Below are positions 1 through 12,300 of a DNA stretch of 20,000 nucleotides, in pieces. How positions within the stretch are numbered: position 1 is the stretch's first letter; each line of letters opens with the position of its first letter. A model generated the notes under the pieces. That model was not told where the DNA came from and did no database searches. It saw nothing but the letters and a program-made list of their open reading frames with translations. Location of the stretch: assembly GCA_002245135.1 (NCBI GenBank), contig NGBS01000603.1, positions 122,980 to 142,979 of the forward strand, given 5' to 3'. A program made the position numbers and the translations under genes. Source of the stretch: Proteromonas lacertae (lineage: Eukaryota).

Positions 1-206
1 TCTACATGAGATATGTATAACATAGCAGATATAATGGTTTCAAGATAAAAACAATAAATATTTAACTGCGTTGCATGATGTTTCTTCAAATATGCAAATT
101 AAATTTTGATGAGGTTTGAACAGATCGTGTTTTATTTATTTTGCGTTATAGATTATAGATCCACGATAATAAATTAAGTCATATAGAAATTTACATTAAT
201 TGAATC

Positions 207-1620
207 ATGATGAACTATAATTCCAACAAGAGCCATTCAAACTTTGAATCTCAAATTAAAAAGAAGAAAGTACAGAAAAAGGAAGAATGGAATCCATATC
301 AGCCACCACATCTAGTATATATTTATTTTATTTATCGTAAGATCATGAATTCGCGTATGGTTTTAATTCAACAATTAAACATGAATAAAGAATTATTGAG
401 TCCATATGTATCAGCAAGATCAAATAGAAAACCAAAGACGAAGATCAGGTCTTTACTGTGCCTGGTTACTGAAAAAGAAACAAATACACCAGGAGCGATG
501 CTTGGTCCATGTCGAACACACATTAAAAAGGATGGTGAAACCCAAACTGATAAAGAAGATTTCGAACGTAAAAGGTCATTTATTAAACAAATTACACCAA
601 GGAATGTTCGAGAAGCAAGAGAAAAGGAAGGAAGACTTGACGATTTTGCAGGTGAATTTGTACATAATTTAATCCCTGAAGTACTAGAAGAAATATACAT
701 TGAAAAAATAGATAAAATAGCCAAAATCACAATAGAAAATATAATACACAAATTAGAAGAAGAAGAAATTGATGAAGCAATTAAAATAGTTGTACCAGCC
801 TGTATAGATTCACTAATGACAGAAGTAATACAAATCCAAGAAGAAGAAGCTGCAGAAGCAGAAGCAGCTGAGTTAAAAAGATTAGAAGAAATCGATGATT
901 TACCAGGAAGAATAGTGAAAAGTATAGCAGGAATAGATATTTCTCATTATGTAAACGTTGGCGATTTTTCACCAATGACTCCAATTACAGAAAGAGATGA
1001 CTATGCGGATATGCAACCGAATGATATTCTTAAAGATCCAATCACAAGAGCATTTCTAAAAGCATATTTAATAAAGTGCTATCAAGAAGAATCAATAGTA
1101 TTTTGGGAGATTGTACATGAATTAAAGGATATTTCGAATAGAATTACTAAAAAGGAGAGGAAGAGATATTGTAAAGAGATATATGATACTTTTATTAGTG
1201 ATGGTTCGAAAATGGAGATTAATATAAATAGTGACATGAAGAATAGAATAAAAGAAACGTTGAAAAGAAATGGTGATGATGCTTCTATGTTTGATGATGC
1301 TGAAGATGAGATGGCAAAGTTGATTATTGCTAATAATTTCAATGATTTCAAGAAATCTGATTTTCATAAGAAATCAAGGGCAATTCAAAAATGGTTTTCT
1401 ATATTTCCAAAGTTTGATAATGATTTGAGTATTGCAATAGCTGAATCAATCAGTTATAGTCGTAGAACTGCATATATTGGACAATATTGTATATCTATTC
1501 ATTATTCTGTTTTCTATTATTATAGTCCCTCCTCCAAAGGATGTTGTATCTGAAACAAACAGAATTAGAAAGTTGATGGCTAGTTTGATGAGTTTCTTTG
1601 AAGATTTGTTTGGAGCGTAA
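207..1620 (+). CDS. RGS-domain protein, paralog 1 (spliced; last intron 1489-1525; possible small 5' intron 315-341)
   Basis: RGS box at ~1023-1370: DILKDPITRAFLKAYL..YQEESIVFW..EIYDTFI..GSKMEININS..MFDDAEDEMAKLI..NDFKKS. Removing GTATAT..TAG intron 1489-1525 gives GQY-FPPPKDVVSETNRIRKLMASLMSFFEDLFGA* (TAA 1618-1620), matching the paralog 2 terminus. 5' exon structure is uncertain. Confidence 0.85.
1489..1525 (+). other. Spliceosomal intron, 37 nt, phase 1 (position shared by all three RGS paralogs)
   Basis: GTATAT...TTATAG. Removal yields GQY-FPPP. The same junction occurs at 3460-3494 and 6017-6054. Confidence 0.85.
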
Positions 1621-2126
1621 ATTAATTATTATAATTAATATCTATTATACTGTATTCTTATCTATTGCTACATATATTTAATTTTGAAAAAAAAGAGCAC
1701 GATCTGAGTTCAGTTATAAGTTTTGTTATTTTATCAAAAATATTCTCGTCCTTCGATATTTTACCAATTAACAAAACAAATATATAATATTTAGACTTAT
1801 ATTTTTACTTATAAATGATATTAGCACATCCGCTTCAGTCATATCCCACATCAGAGAAAAGAAGAGGAGATAACACAGAGATCATCAAAAAATGATATTT
1901 ATCGAGTGAATTATATTGCTCCAGCACCATCGACTGTATTATTGACATACATTTTTCAATAGATAAACCAATATTGAGTTGTAGATCTAATAAAATAACA
2001 TAGGTAATAATAAGAAGTATCTTCTGTCATCACCAATACATTGTGGTAGAAAATCGGAATTATAGTCCAAGAATTTGTATAATTAAACATATTTATATAT
2101 TGTGATTTATAGTATCACCTGTTAGT

Positions 2127-3589
2127 ATGGATGTATCTACTAATACAAAAGGTCCAATGAAAGGAATGTGTAAAACACGAAGATATGTCTCTAATTGCAC
2201 TCAAACAAGTGAAATAGAATTTGAACCAATCGATTTATCTGTCAATACATCAAAACAAAATAGAAAGAGTAAATCAGATGACAATGATGCTGATAAAACA
2301 AATAGAAAAAGTGTATTAAGTGAAGAAGGTGATGAATATTCAAATATTACACCAATGCATCAACTCAAATTGAACAAAAAAGAGAATAATCAAAATGACA
2401 TGATGAGAAGAAGAAGAAGAAAGAGGAGAAATAGAAGAAATAAAAGAGGTTCTGGCTATTTATTAAGAAATGCAATCAACAATAGATATATGAAGTTACA
2501 GAAAAACAAAGATGGTCAATTTGTAGATGAAAATGGTAAAGTAGTTGAAGGAATTAAAGAAGGAGAAGATGGTAGAATATTAGTTGAAAAAGTTGGCGAA
2601 GATGGTAAAGTATATTATGAAGCAGAAGGATTTGAATATGAAGAAGAAGAAGATGAAGATGATGATAGAGGAGAAGAAGAAGATGATGATGATTTTGAAG
2701 GAAATGATGAATTTAATAAAGAAGGAAATGAAGATGATAAAAAAATAGAAACAGAAGTGAAGAAATGTATTGATTCAATGATTGATATAATTGAAAAAGA
2801 ATCGAAAAATACTATAAGCAATTCATTAGAATCCAGAGCTAGAAATAGTATTGCACATTTGAATTTCAATTATTTGGAGAAGTTGAAAATAATATCTGAG
2901 ACTGATTCACCATTTGCTAATTCTCCTTTATTATCACCAAATAATGGTACAGAATCAGATACTGATAAAAAAGATAGAACTGAAAAGTGTAATAAAATAT
3001 TAGCTGATCCAATATTAAGAGCATTTTTCAAAGCATATTTAACTAAGAATTTTCAAAGTGAAAGTATATTGTTTTGGGAAGCAATTTTTGAATTAGAAGA
3101 TATTGAAGAAAAGATAACTTCAGTTGAAAGAGTGAAATATATTAAAGAAGTGTATGATTTGTTTATTGAAGAAGGTTCTAAGATGGAAATTAACATTGAA
3201 CATGATTTAAGAAAGAAAATCGAAGAAAAAGTGAATGATAAAACTGATAAAGTTAGTGTTTATTCAGATGCTAAGAATGAGATAGCTAGGTTAATTATTA
3301 CTAACAATTATGAAAATTTCAAGAAAACTGACCTTTATAAACAAGCTGGAGCAATTGAGAAGTGGTTTTCAGTTTATTCGAAATTTGACCCTGATTTGAA
3401 GAAAGCTATCGCTGAACAGATGAGTCTTGTCAGACAAACTGTTTATGTTGGTGAATACTGTATATTTATTATTATTTTATGTATATTTCTATAGTCCCTC
3501 CTCCTAAAGAGGTTGTTGAACAAGATAGTGTGTTAAGAAGACTTATACGAGAATTACTTGATTTTTTCCAACATTTGTTTGGTAAATAA
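2127..3589 (+). CDS. RGS-domain protein, paralog 2 (spliced; last intron 3460-3494; true start probably upstream near 1815 via introns 1936-1962 and 2077-2112)
   Basis: RGS box at ~2994-3340: KILADPILRAFFKAYL..FQSESILFW..EVYDLFI..GSKMEINIEH..NYENFKKT. Splicing 3460-3494 gives GEY-FPPPKEVVEQDSVLRRLIRELLDFFQHLFGK* (TAA 3587-3589). An intron-like GTATAA..TAG at 2077-2112 joins an open upstream frame (..NYSPRI-LSPVSM). Further upstream the frame cannot be closed without assuming indels. Confidence 0.83.
3460..3494 (+). other. Spliceosomal intron, 35 nt, phase 1
   Basis: GTATAT...CTATAG. Removal yields GEY-FPPP. Confidence 0.85.
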
Positions 3590-3826
3590 ATGTATAATAT
3601 TATTGCATATAACATAAGTTGTATAATTGTATTGTTTTGTTGTATATATTCAAATAATGGTGTTTATAAAAGATAAATGATGACCATTATGCTAAAAACA
3701 AAATTGAATGTGTATTAAGATCTGCTAAAACCGCAGAAGTAACGATATTTCTTATTTTAATATTTTATTTGTAGATAATCTTGTAAAATAATATAAAGAG
3801 AATTCTCATAAAAGAACTATTCTTTA

Positions 3827-6236
3827 ATGAATAAGTCTAGGCGTTATCATCCAGACTCAATCCAATATCAACTATTGAAAGAGATAGAAGAAAGACAGAA
3901 AAGATCTAAGCAACAGCTTAATGCACTTTCACTTGTATTTTTTATTATTGCATCAAATAGAGTTCTAGTGTATCTGAATCATCTTTCGATTCAGGTAGGT
4001 ATGTTAGTAATAATACTCAATCTCCAATACATTATAGAAAACAAAAACCATATCCCAAAAGACAATGTATGTTTCTTGATTTTTTATGTATTTAGTGTCT
4101 CCCATCGGTTCTGTAAGAAGAAATGATAAAATGAGTAAAAAAGACGATGAAAGAAAGTATAACAAAGGAAATAATAAACTGGAAGTACAAACACAGACTT
4201 ATGCTGAAGATTTTGAAGAAGAACTTAATCAAAATAACATATGTGAAAATGAAGAATATGGAGGAAATATAGAAGAAGGTTGTTCACCTACAGAAGAAGA
4301 ATTTGTTGATGAAGATGATAATGAAATGAGTGATACTCATGCTACAGATATAAACCCTAAAAGATCATCCAAAATTGTTTCAAACAACTCAAATATTTCA
4401 TCTAAAAGAAATTCCCAATTATCAGTAAAGAGTAATTCCAGTCACCATAATAACAATACAATAACTCCCAAAAGAAAGTCAAATACATCACAAAAATCCA
4501 AATTAAATGAATTAGAAAAGGATGTAAAAAAAAGTAATAATAATAATATCAATAACAGTAATAATAACAAAAGTAGTGGTATAAACAATAATTCTAATTC
4601 AAACAAATCTAATAATGACACTTTCATAAATAATAATAGTCAAAATGATTATATTGATAATAGCAATAATAATAAGAATAAAGATGATGATAATAGTCGA
4701 CCTCAAAATATTAATAAAACAGAACAAATCAAATCAAATTCTGAAACAAAGCAACAACAACAACAACAGCAATCAAAAGTTGAAGGAAAATCTGAAGAAA
4801 AAGTAGAAAAACAAGATCCTGATGTATTGGAAGATTCCTTTGAGAATAATGATGATGATAATGATGATGATACTAAAGAAGAAGATAAGAATGATAAACC
4901 ACTGACAGATAAGGATTATGAAACAGTATGTAAATTATGTATTGAAGCAATGATCACTGAATTAATTGAAGATGAAAATGAAGAAGAAGAAGCTGATCCA
5001 AAAGTAGATTTATTGATTAATACTAATGTTGAAGTAGTGGATAATTCATTAAATAGTAGAATAAGAAAGAGTGTATGCGAAGTACAGAATGAATATTTGA
5101 ATAAAATTGACCAAATGCCAAAGTCAAGAAGAGCTTCAAAACTAACAGATGAAATTGAAAAGAAAGCAGCTGAAAGTAAAGCAGCAGCTGCTGCATCAAA
5201 AGAGAAAAAAGAAGTAAAAGAAGTAAAAGCAGAAGAAGCTAAAAAGGTCAATATTGATGATGATGTTGATGTATTAAAGAAAATAATGTCATTACCTCCT
5301 CCAGATCCGATGAGTGAAATTATAGTACCAAATAGTGAAGTTGATTCACAATCATCAGCACCTCCTGTTCCTCCAATAGCAATTAAACCAAATAAAAACA
5401 TACCGAAAGCCATGGATACTCCAATAATGGAAGAAGATGAAGATGATGAAGATTTACCTGATGAAGCTGAAGAAGTTGATGGAAATAAGAAATATGCTCA
5501 AGTATTCAATGATCCAATAACTAGAGCATTCTTAAAAGCGTATATGATTAAGAATTTTCAAGAAGAATCTATAATATTCTGGGAAACTGTGAAAGAGTTA
5601 GAAGATATTGCGAAGAGAATTACTAAACAACAGAGAAAGGATTATTGTCAAGAAATTTATGATAAATTCATAAAAGAAGGAAGTGAGATGGAGATAAATA
5701 TTATGGCAAGTCAAAGAATTAAAATTACAGATAGAATTAAGAAACATGTATTAATATATATATATATATATATATTATATGTTATTATTATTTATATAGC
5801 CTGGTCATGCAAGCATGTTTAAAGAAGCAAAATTAGAAATGGAGAAACTAATTGTGGATAATAACTACAATGATTTTCTTAAAAGTGAATTCAATACAAA
5901 AGCTAAAGCTATTAATGATTGGTTTAGTGTATTTAGCGAATTTGACGATGAATTGAAAAAAGCAATTGCAGAAAAAGTATATCAAATTAGAGGTACTACG
6001 TATCTGGGTCAATATTGTATATATATATATATTATGTTATATTATATTATATAGTCCCTGCACCAACTGATGAAAAACAAAAGAAATCTAATTTAAGTCA
6101 GTTGAAAAGTTCATACTGTATGTATAGTGATACTCAGAGTATGAGTTCATTTATGTCCACAAGCACTTGGGATTCAGAAATACCTTCTACTCCTGCTGAT
6201 TTGCCAAGAAGTATAAGAATTGCTGGATTTAATTAG
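3827..6236 (+). CDS. RGS-domain protein, paralog 3 (exons 3827-3934, 3961-4066, 4096-5747, 5800-6016, 6055-6236)
   Basis: Four GTAT..TAG introns (26, 29, 52, 38 nt) join the ORF-track fragments into one open frame. RGS box ~5499-5900: VFNDPITRAFLKAYM..FQEESIIFW..EIYDKFI..GSEMEINIM..KKH-PGHASMFKEAKLEMEKLI..YNDFLKSEF. Long Asn/Gln/acidic low-complexity N-terminal half. Confidence 0.88.
4535..4772 (+). repeat. Coding low-complexity AAT/CAA-rich tract (poly-Asn then poly-Gln) in RGS paralog 3
   Basis: SNNNNINNSNNNKSSGINNNSN..., followed by KQQQQQQQS. Confidence 0.7.
5748..5799 (+). other. Spliceosomal intron, 52 nt, inside the RGS box of paralog 3, containing a (TA)n tract
   Basis: GTATTA...TATAG. 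Removal joins IKKH to PGHASMF, colinear with LKRNGDDASMF of paralog 1. Confidence 0.85.
6017..6054 (+). other. Spliceosomal intron, 38 nt, phase 1
   Basis: GTATAT...TATAG. Removal yields GQY-FPAP. Confidence 0.85.
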
Positions 6237-6384
6237 ATTGTTTATTATTAATCATATTATAATAATCATTATATTATTTTTTATATATTTTTCTTTTGGT
6301 GTTTAGTTTTGATTTGAGTCGAAAAGTGAAGATAGATATATATATATTTTTATAATAACGATAATAATATTAGTTGTTTTACAT

Positions 6385-9300
6385 TTATAATTTAGAAGAA
6401 TCATCAACCACATCATTCTGATCAATCTCTAGTTCATCCAACACATTTATTACAACATTCGTTTTTGGAATTGATTTAACAGATTTTGCAAAATTAGAAC
6501 TTCTATGAGAAGTATGAGACAAATAATTGTCACTATTGGTTGATAATCTTGTTTTAGAACCATTATAAATACTATTTGCAGTAAAATAAAACACATCTGC
6601 GGCTGATATAGTACATAAGCTAATATCACCTACTTCAAATACATTTGGTCTTAATTTGAATCTTCCTTTTTCAACTCCTTTTCTGGCTATACTTTTACTT
6701 TGTTTAGAATTAGTTGAATTTGAACTTGCTGAGGATGAGCCAATTGTTGTGGTTGTGAAATAATAAAAGAATATCTTTAATTTTGAAGCAAATTGTAAAA
6801 CTAAAACAGCTATTACACCCAATTCTACACCTATTCCTCGTAACATCATTAAAGTATCAGGTTGTTTAGCCATCATTAGATTCAATGGAATTTCTAATAT
6901 TCCAACAATAACTATTAAATTATATAAACAATAAAAATAATATACTCATTATTCCTATTATTGAAGCTAATGTCTTTGATTCATTGAATTCGGATGAAGC
7001 TTTTCTAGTTTTCCATGCTAATCTTGCACCAAATAAAAACATCACTATTACTACACCTATTTCGATAAATGTAAATATATCATTCTCACTACATTCTCGA
7101 ATATAAACATCTTCTAAATAATTCGAATAATCCATACTATAAGTTTCAGTATAAAGAGATGGATCTATTACCCACCACACTGTCAAATAGATTATTTGAA
7201 CTGATTCTATACCTCCGATTATTTCTAGTAACATATAATTCGATATTTTTACTTTCCTCATCTCTTTATTATTAAACAATTTGTGTATTCTCCATGCTTT
7301 ACATAACAATATTCCAAACAAGAAATCAACTGATAAAGCAACTAACCATACTCTTAAAGCGCAAATCACATCATTTGGAGCTACTGTGAATATATATCCA
7401 GATACACTTAACATTATTAAAGATACTAATGTATAAGATAAAAATAAAGGTGAAGATGCTTTGATTATTTTCAAATGTCGATAACTTAATACACAAACTA
7501 AAGTAACTATTGATATTAGAATCAATATTATCATTAAAACCATTACCAAGATTTTTAAAACTTCATTCTTTTCATATAATACTTTCGTTTTACCCATCTC
7601 ACATTCAAAATTCTTCATATATGTCATTTGAGGCTCTAATATCTCTTCTTTTCCTTGACTTGGATATACTTTTGATAATTGTCCACTCATTATTCTGAAT
7701 AAATAGATTGGCTTTGTTACATGATTATTATATTTTACTACCAATTTACCACTTGGACTGTTGAATGATACATATTTCAAACTCATTTGTTTATATCTTT
7801 TACTTGGCCATTGTTTTGTATCTTTCAATCCTTCTTGTTCAGCTGCATATTCAATCCCAGATTTCCATAAATATAACGATGAATAACTCACTTCATACAT
7901 CTCATTCAAACTGATTGCATTTTGGAAATACGATTTCACTGTTTGAATAAACGCTTCTGCTTCAGTTGATGTTAATGAATCGGTAAATGATGTGGCTATA
8001 TAATTACCAGATATTTCCTTCAAATTATCTTTACTATAATCAGATTCATCATAGTTGATTAAAACAAATAAAAACGATGATTCAGACATTCTTGATTTCT
8101 TGAAATGTCCTATATATTCATTATTATCTTTTCCTCGAAATAGATTAAGAACAGCAAAAGATTTATAAGTTGAGGCAAGGGATGTTAAAGTATCATATAG
8201 TTTAGGATAAGAATTAGTATTATAGGCAGAAAACATGTATTCACCAATATATTCCATCGATTCATCTTTACAATATCTCTTTATATAATCAGCTATTACT
8301 AAACTAGAATTATCAATATTTCCTAATACAAATATGTATTTTGACCCTGTAGATTTTAAATAGTTTATTGTTCCTTCGATCTTTTGATTTATTGACATTC
8401 CCATTGATATTATGGATGGTGAACATAAATTTCCATCATCAGTACCAAGGAAGAAGAATTGAAAATCACTATCAACTGCACTTATATATCGATTTACTTC
8501 ATCTCGACATTTAGAACTCATACAACCAAAGATTCCAACTGCATTTGTTTCTTGATCTATTCTTCTAACTGTTGAATATATCTTACTTTGAGTCATGAAA
8601 TAATGATCACCTATTATTTTTCTTCCATTTACACCTCCTTCTGAATTGATTTTTTCAATTGTCATATCTTGAATTAACAGATTCTGTTGTTCAGATTTAC
8701 CACCTAAATCTATTTCATGTAAAAAGGCTATATGGATTGGATTTATATCAAATTTTTCGGATTTTTCAGTTTTCCAATCACATCGAAAACCAACATCTTC
8801 TCCTTCCATTTGATTATATATATCTGCTTCTATTGATTTCGAAGGCATCCAGTTTATATATACTTCATTATTTTCATTTATATAACCACTATATACATTT
8901 CTTTTAAAAACATGATTCACTGATAATTCGATATTTCCACTTGGAACATCCAATTGATAATCATATTTCAATTCTACTAATTTAGGATCTATTGAATTCG
9001 AATTTTGACAGATATTTTTCCAGTAAAATAACAATGCATATGCACTTTCATATTCACTTCTTATCTTCATTTTATCACCTATGTGAATATGTAAATCTTT
9101 AGAAAATGTAGAAGCTAAAGTAGGAATTCTAACTGAAGAAAATCTATTCGATTCGATTGATTCAAAATAACTACCAATCACTCTATGTCCAAATAAATAT
9201 TTAGATTCAAAATCATTCAGTATATTCTCATCAAATAATGCATTATAAACTGTATATTTTGGATATGTCAAACCTAAGTCATACATCGCTTTATAAAAAT

Positions 9301-12300
9301 GAATAGAATATTCTTTACTTTCAAAAGTTGCTATTATATATCCACCATCTGGTATTGCTTGTTGGATTGTTCTTAATTGGGAATTTCTCTCTTTTAAATC
9401 ATATCTTATATTACCCATCAATAAGATATTTGTGTAACTCATTCTAGATTGAATCATATCATTCAAATAAGTTGTATAATTAGATGGAGAATAAACTGTT
9501 ATGGCTGAACTACTATCTTCTAATATTCTTCTTACTGTCATTGTAGCTATTTGACTTGGATGTAATTCACTCACTATTACATTCTTTGGACATATTTTAC
9601 TGTATGTATGACCACAGAAGAAGAATATTTTATTCTTATCTTTCATCTCATTCGCGATTATTGGATAATCATCTGGCTCATATCCACCAAATATATAATC
9701 TATTCCATCTTTTTCTATTTCTTCGAATATTGATTTATAGTTTTTTGAATCAGATTTTACATCATATAATTTATAATACAATTGATAACTAAGTAATGGT
9801 TCTTTTGTATTTAAGTAAGTTACACCAGCTAAAATTGAATCAAATATTGGCTTTTCCAAAGCAGAATTACAACCAGTTATTGATATCACAACTCCTATTC
9901 TATAAGTAGATAATGATTTACCATTTCCTATAGTCAAATCATTGAAATTACAAACATAATAATTTCCATCACTTGTCATTTTATATGCTTTAGGATATTC
10001 CATTCTTTTTGCATCATATTCCAACTTCCATTCATTTTTCTTATTCTTATATGAAATCTTCATGATTCGACCTAAATATTGATTTACTCCATATCCTATA
10101 AACCCTTCTGGTAAATTCATCGCTTCTTGATTTATTAATTCTTTTCGAACTGATTTTCGATTGAAATCTTTTGTTTTATTTACAGCTTTGGACCATAGCT
10201 TTATTGAAGAATATAATCCAGATAATATATCATTTATAAATACTTCATTCTTATTCAATCTTTCATAAGCGTTTTTAACAAATTGTTTGTTAACTTCACT
10301 TTCATCTTCTAAATAATAACTCTGAATTACTTCATAATCATTGTAGTTTGATAATAAGATTGTCGATGGTGGATCTGCTATTATTATGTGGATTTGTTTT
10401 TCATTCAATTCAGATTTCTTTATTTCGTCTATCAAATAATCATAATCCAATAAATAACCACTGAATATTATACAAATTTCACTATCTCCTTTCATATATC
10501 TTTTGATTCTTTTGATTTCTTTAGATATTTCATCATATGATTTACAAACTATAGATTTTTCATTAAATCTATTCAAATATTCATTTATATAATCACCAGA
10601 GTCAGAATCAATAGATTTGGGAAATGCAATTAAAAATTCATCATAATTTCTATTTCTCAACACATTCAATACTGGATCATATAAACTAATATGATCATTA
10701 GAAGTAAATATATGTTCTTCACAACTTCCTATCGGGTATTTAAACACATTAAACAATATCAAATCATTTTCTTTTATATAGTCACTGATTCGATTTACAC
10801 ATTCTAAACTTTCAGAAAAAAATATCACTTTTGGTTTAAAGTCATTAATACTGTTCATAAGTATATCACCACAGTTTTCTAAATCAGATAATATATCATA
10901 AATAGCTGTTTCTAATTCTATTCCATTTATTCCACCATTATTATTTATTTCTTCTATTGCCATTTTGAATATATCAATTTCACCTTTGTTCAATTCACCT
11001 AATTCACCAGATAAAGAGGAAACTAATAATACTCTTTCAGCTTCTATAGAATATTGACTCTTATTCACTGATGGAGCAAATGAACACATCATTCTAAAAG
11101 TCTCAGGAATATCCCAACTCCAAGGTCTTGGATTTTCATACTTTGACTTAGAATACAACAATGAGAATTTCCCATTAGAGTCAAATTTACCAATATTGAA
11201 CGGAGATGAACGATAATGACTTACATCAAATACAAATTCACCTAATGCATCATGCTTTGATACTTCTAATAGCTTCTCTCTTACTACATCAGTATCAAAT
11301 GTTTTCGCAGATTTTACTGCTTCTATCCACATTTTTATACCTACATTCGCTGTGTTTGTAAGAGCTGTTGGTTCACTTATATAAGCATAATTATTCATCA
11401 CTTTCTTAAACTCATCATTCGAGTCAGTATTAACATCAGAGAAATATTCAGCTACTATAAATACATTCTCTTTTATTGAATTTATAAATCCATCATATTT
11501 ATCAATTGGAGATCTTGTATCAACAAACATATATTTCGATTTATCAAAACCAATATCATTCACTGTTATTAGCAGTTTCTTTAGCAAATTTGAATCACTG
11601 ATTGTGAATAATACTAAACCCCCTCCATCCATTTTGTTAATCAATGATTTCACTTTATCATTTTCAATACCAATTGATGAATCAATTATATAATTCCCTT
11701 TATAAAAATACATACCTGCACCTTGAGATTCAGTTATAGATGATATTGTATTACATTCTTCTTTGTCTTCAGTTATTGATACTATGCTTGAAACAGTAGT
11801 TTCAGATATAAAGTATTCTAATATTTGAGGAATATATTGATTGGGTAATGGACCTAAATAGAATGTATCATAATCACATTCTTGACCATAAAATTTATCA
11901 ACATAGAAGAATAAAATATAATGTTTCTTACACACTTTTTGAACTATTGTCTTACATTCTATATCTGTACATCCGATTGTCATTTTCAAATCAAATTCTG
12001 TAATTTTTGAATCTAATTCATTCTCAAATATAGTTAAATCAGGATTATAATCAATAGATATAGGTAATATCAATTTGTTCAATATCAAGCCTTCTTCTAA
12101 CTGTTGATGCAATGCAGATAAAGCACCATATAATGATTTCTTATGTAAATCTCTTTTAACACCATTAACATCATATATCAAACCAACTGTCACAAATTCA
12201 TATTCATCGTATTTATTATTTTCTATATCACATCTTTGTAAATTGGTTCTTTGAAATAATCCTAAATATCCATTGTTTATAACTGGATAGGAAAATTTAT

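Noticed and set aside
368..5413. Minus-strand ORFs antisense to the RGS genes (368-751, 781-984, 1082-1351, 1122-1367, 2615-2869, 4442-4627, 4916-5413)
   Set aside because: Ser/Phe/Leu-rich shadows of GAA/GAT/AAT-rich sense codons, with no recognisable motifs.
6385..6396. C-terminal SKL as a peroxisomal targeting signal (PTS1)
   Set aside because: PTS1 imports soluble matrix proteins and is not plausible for a signal-peptide-bearing 7TM protein.
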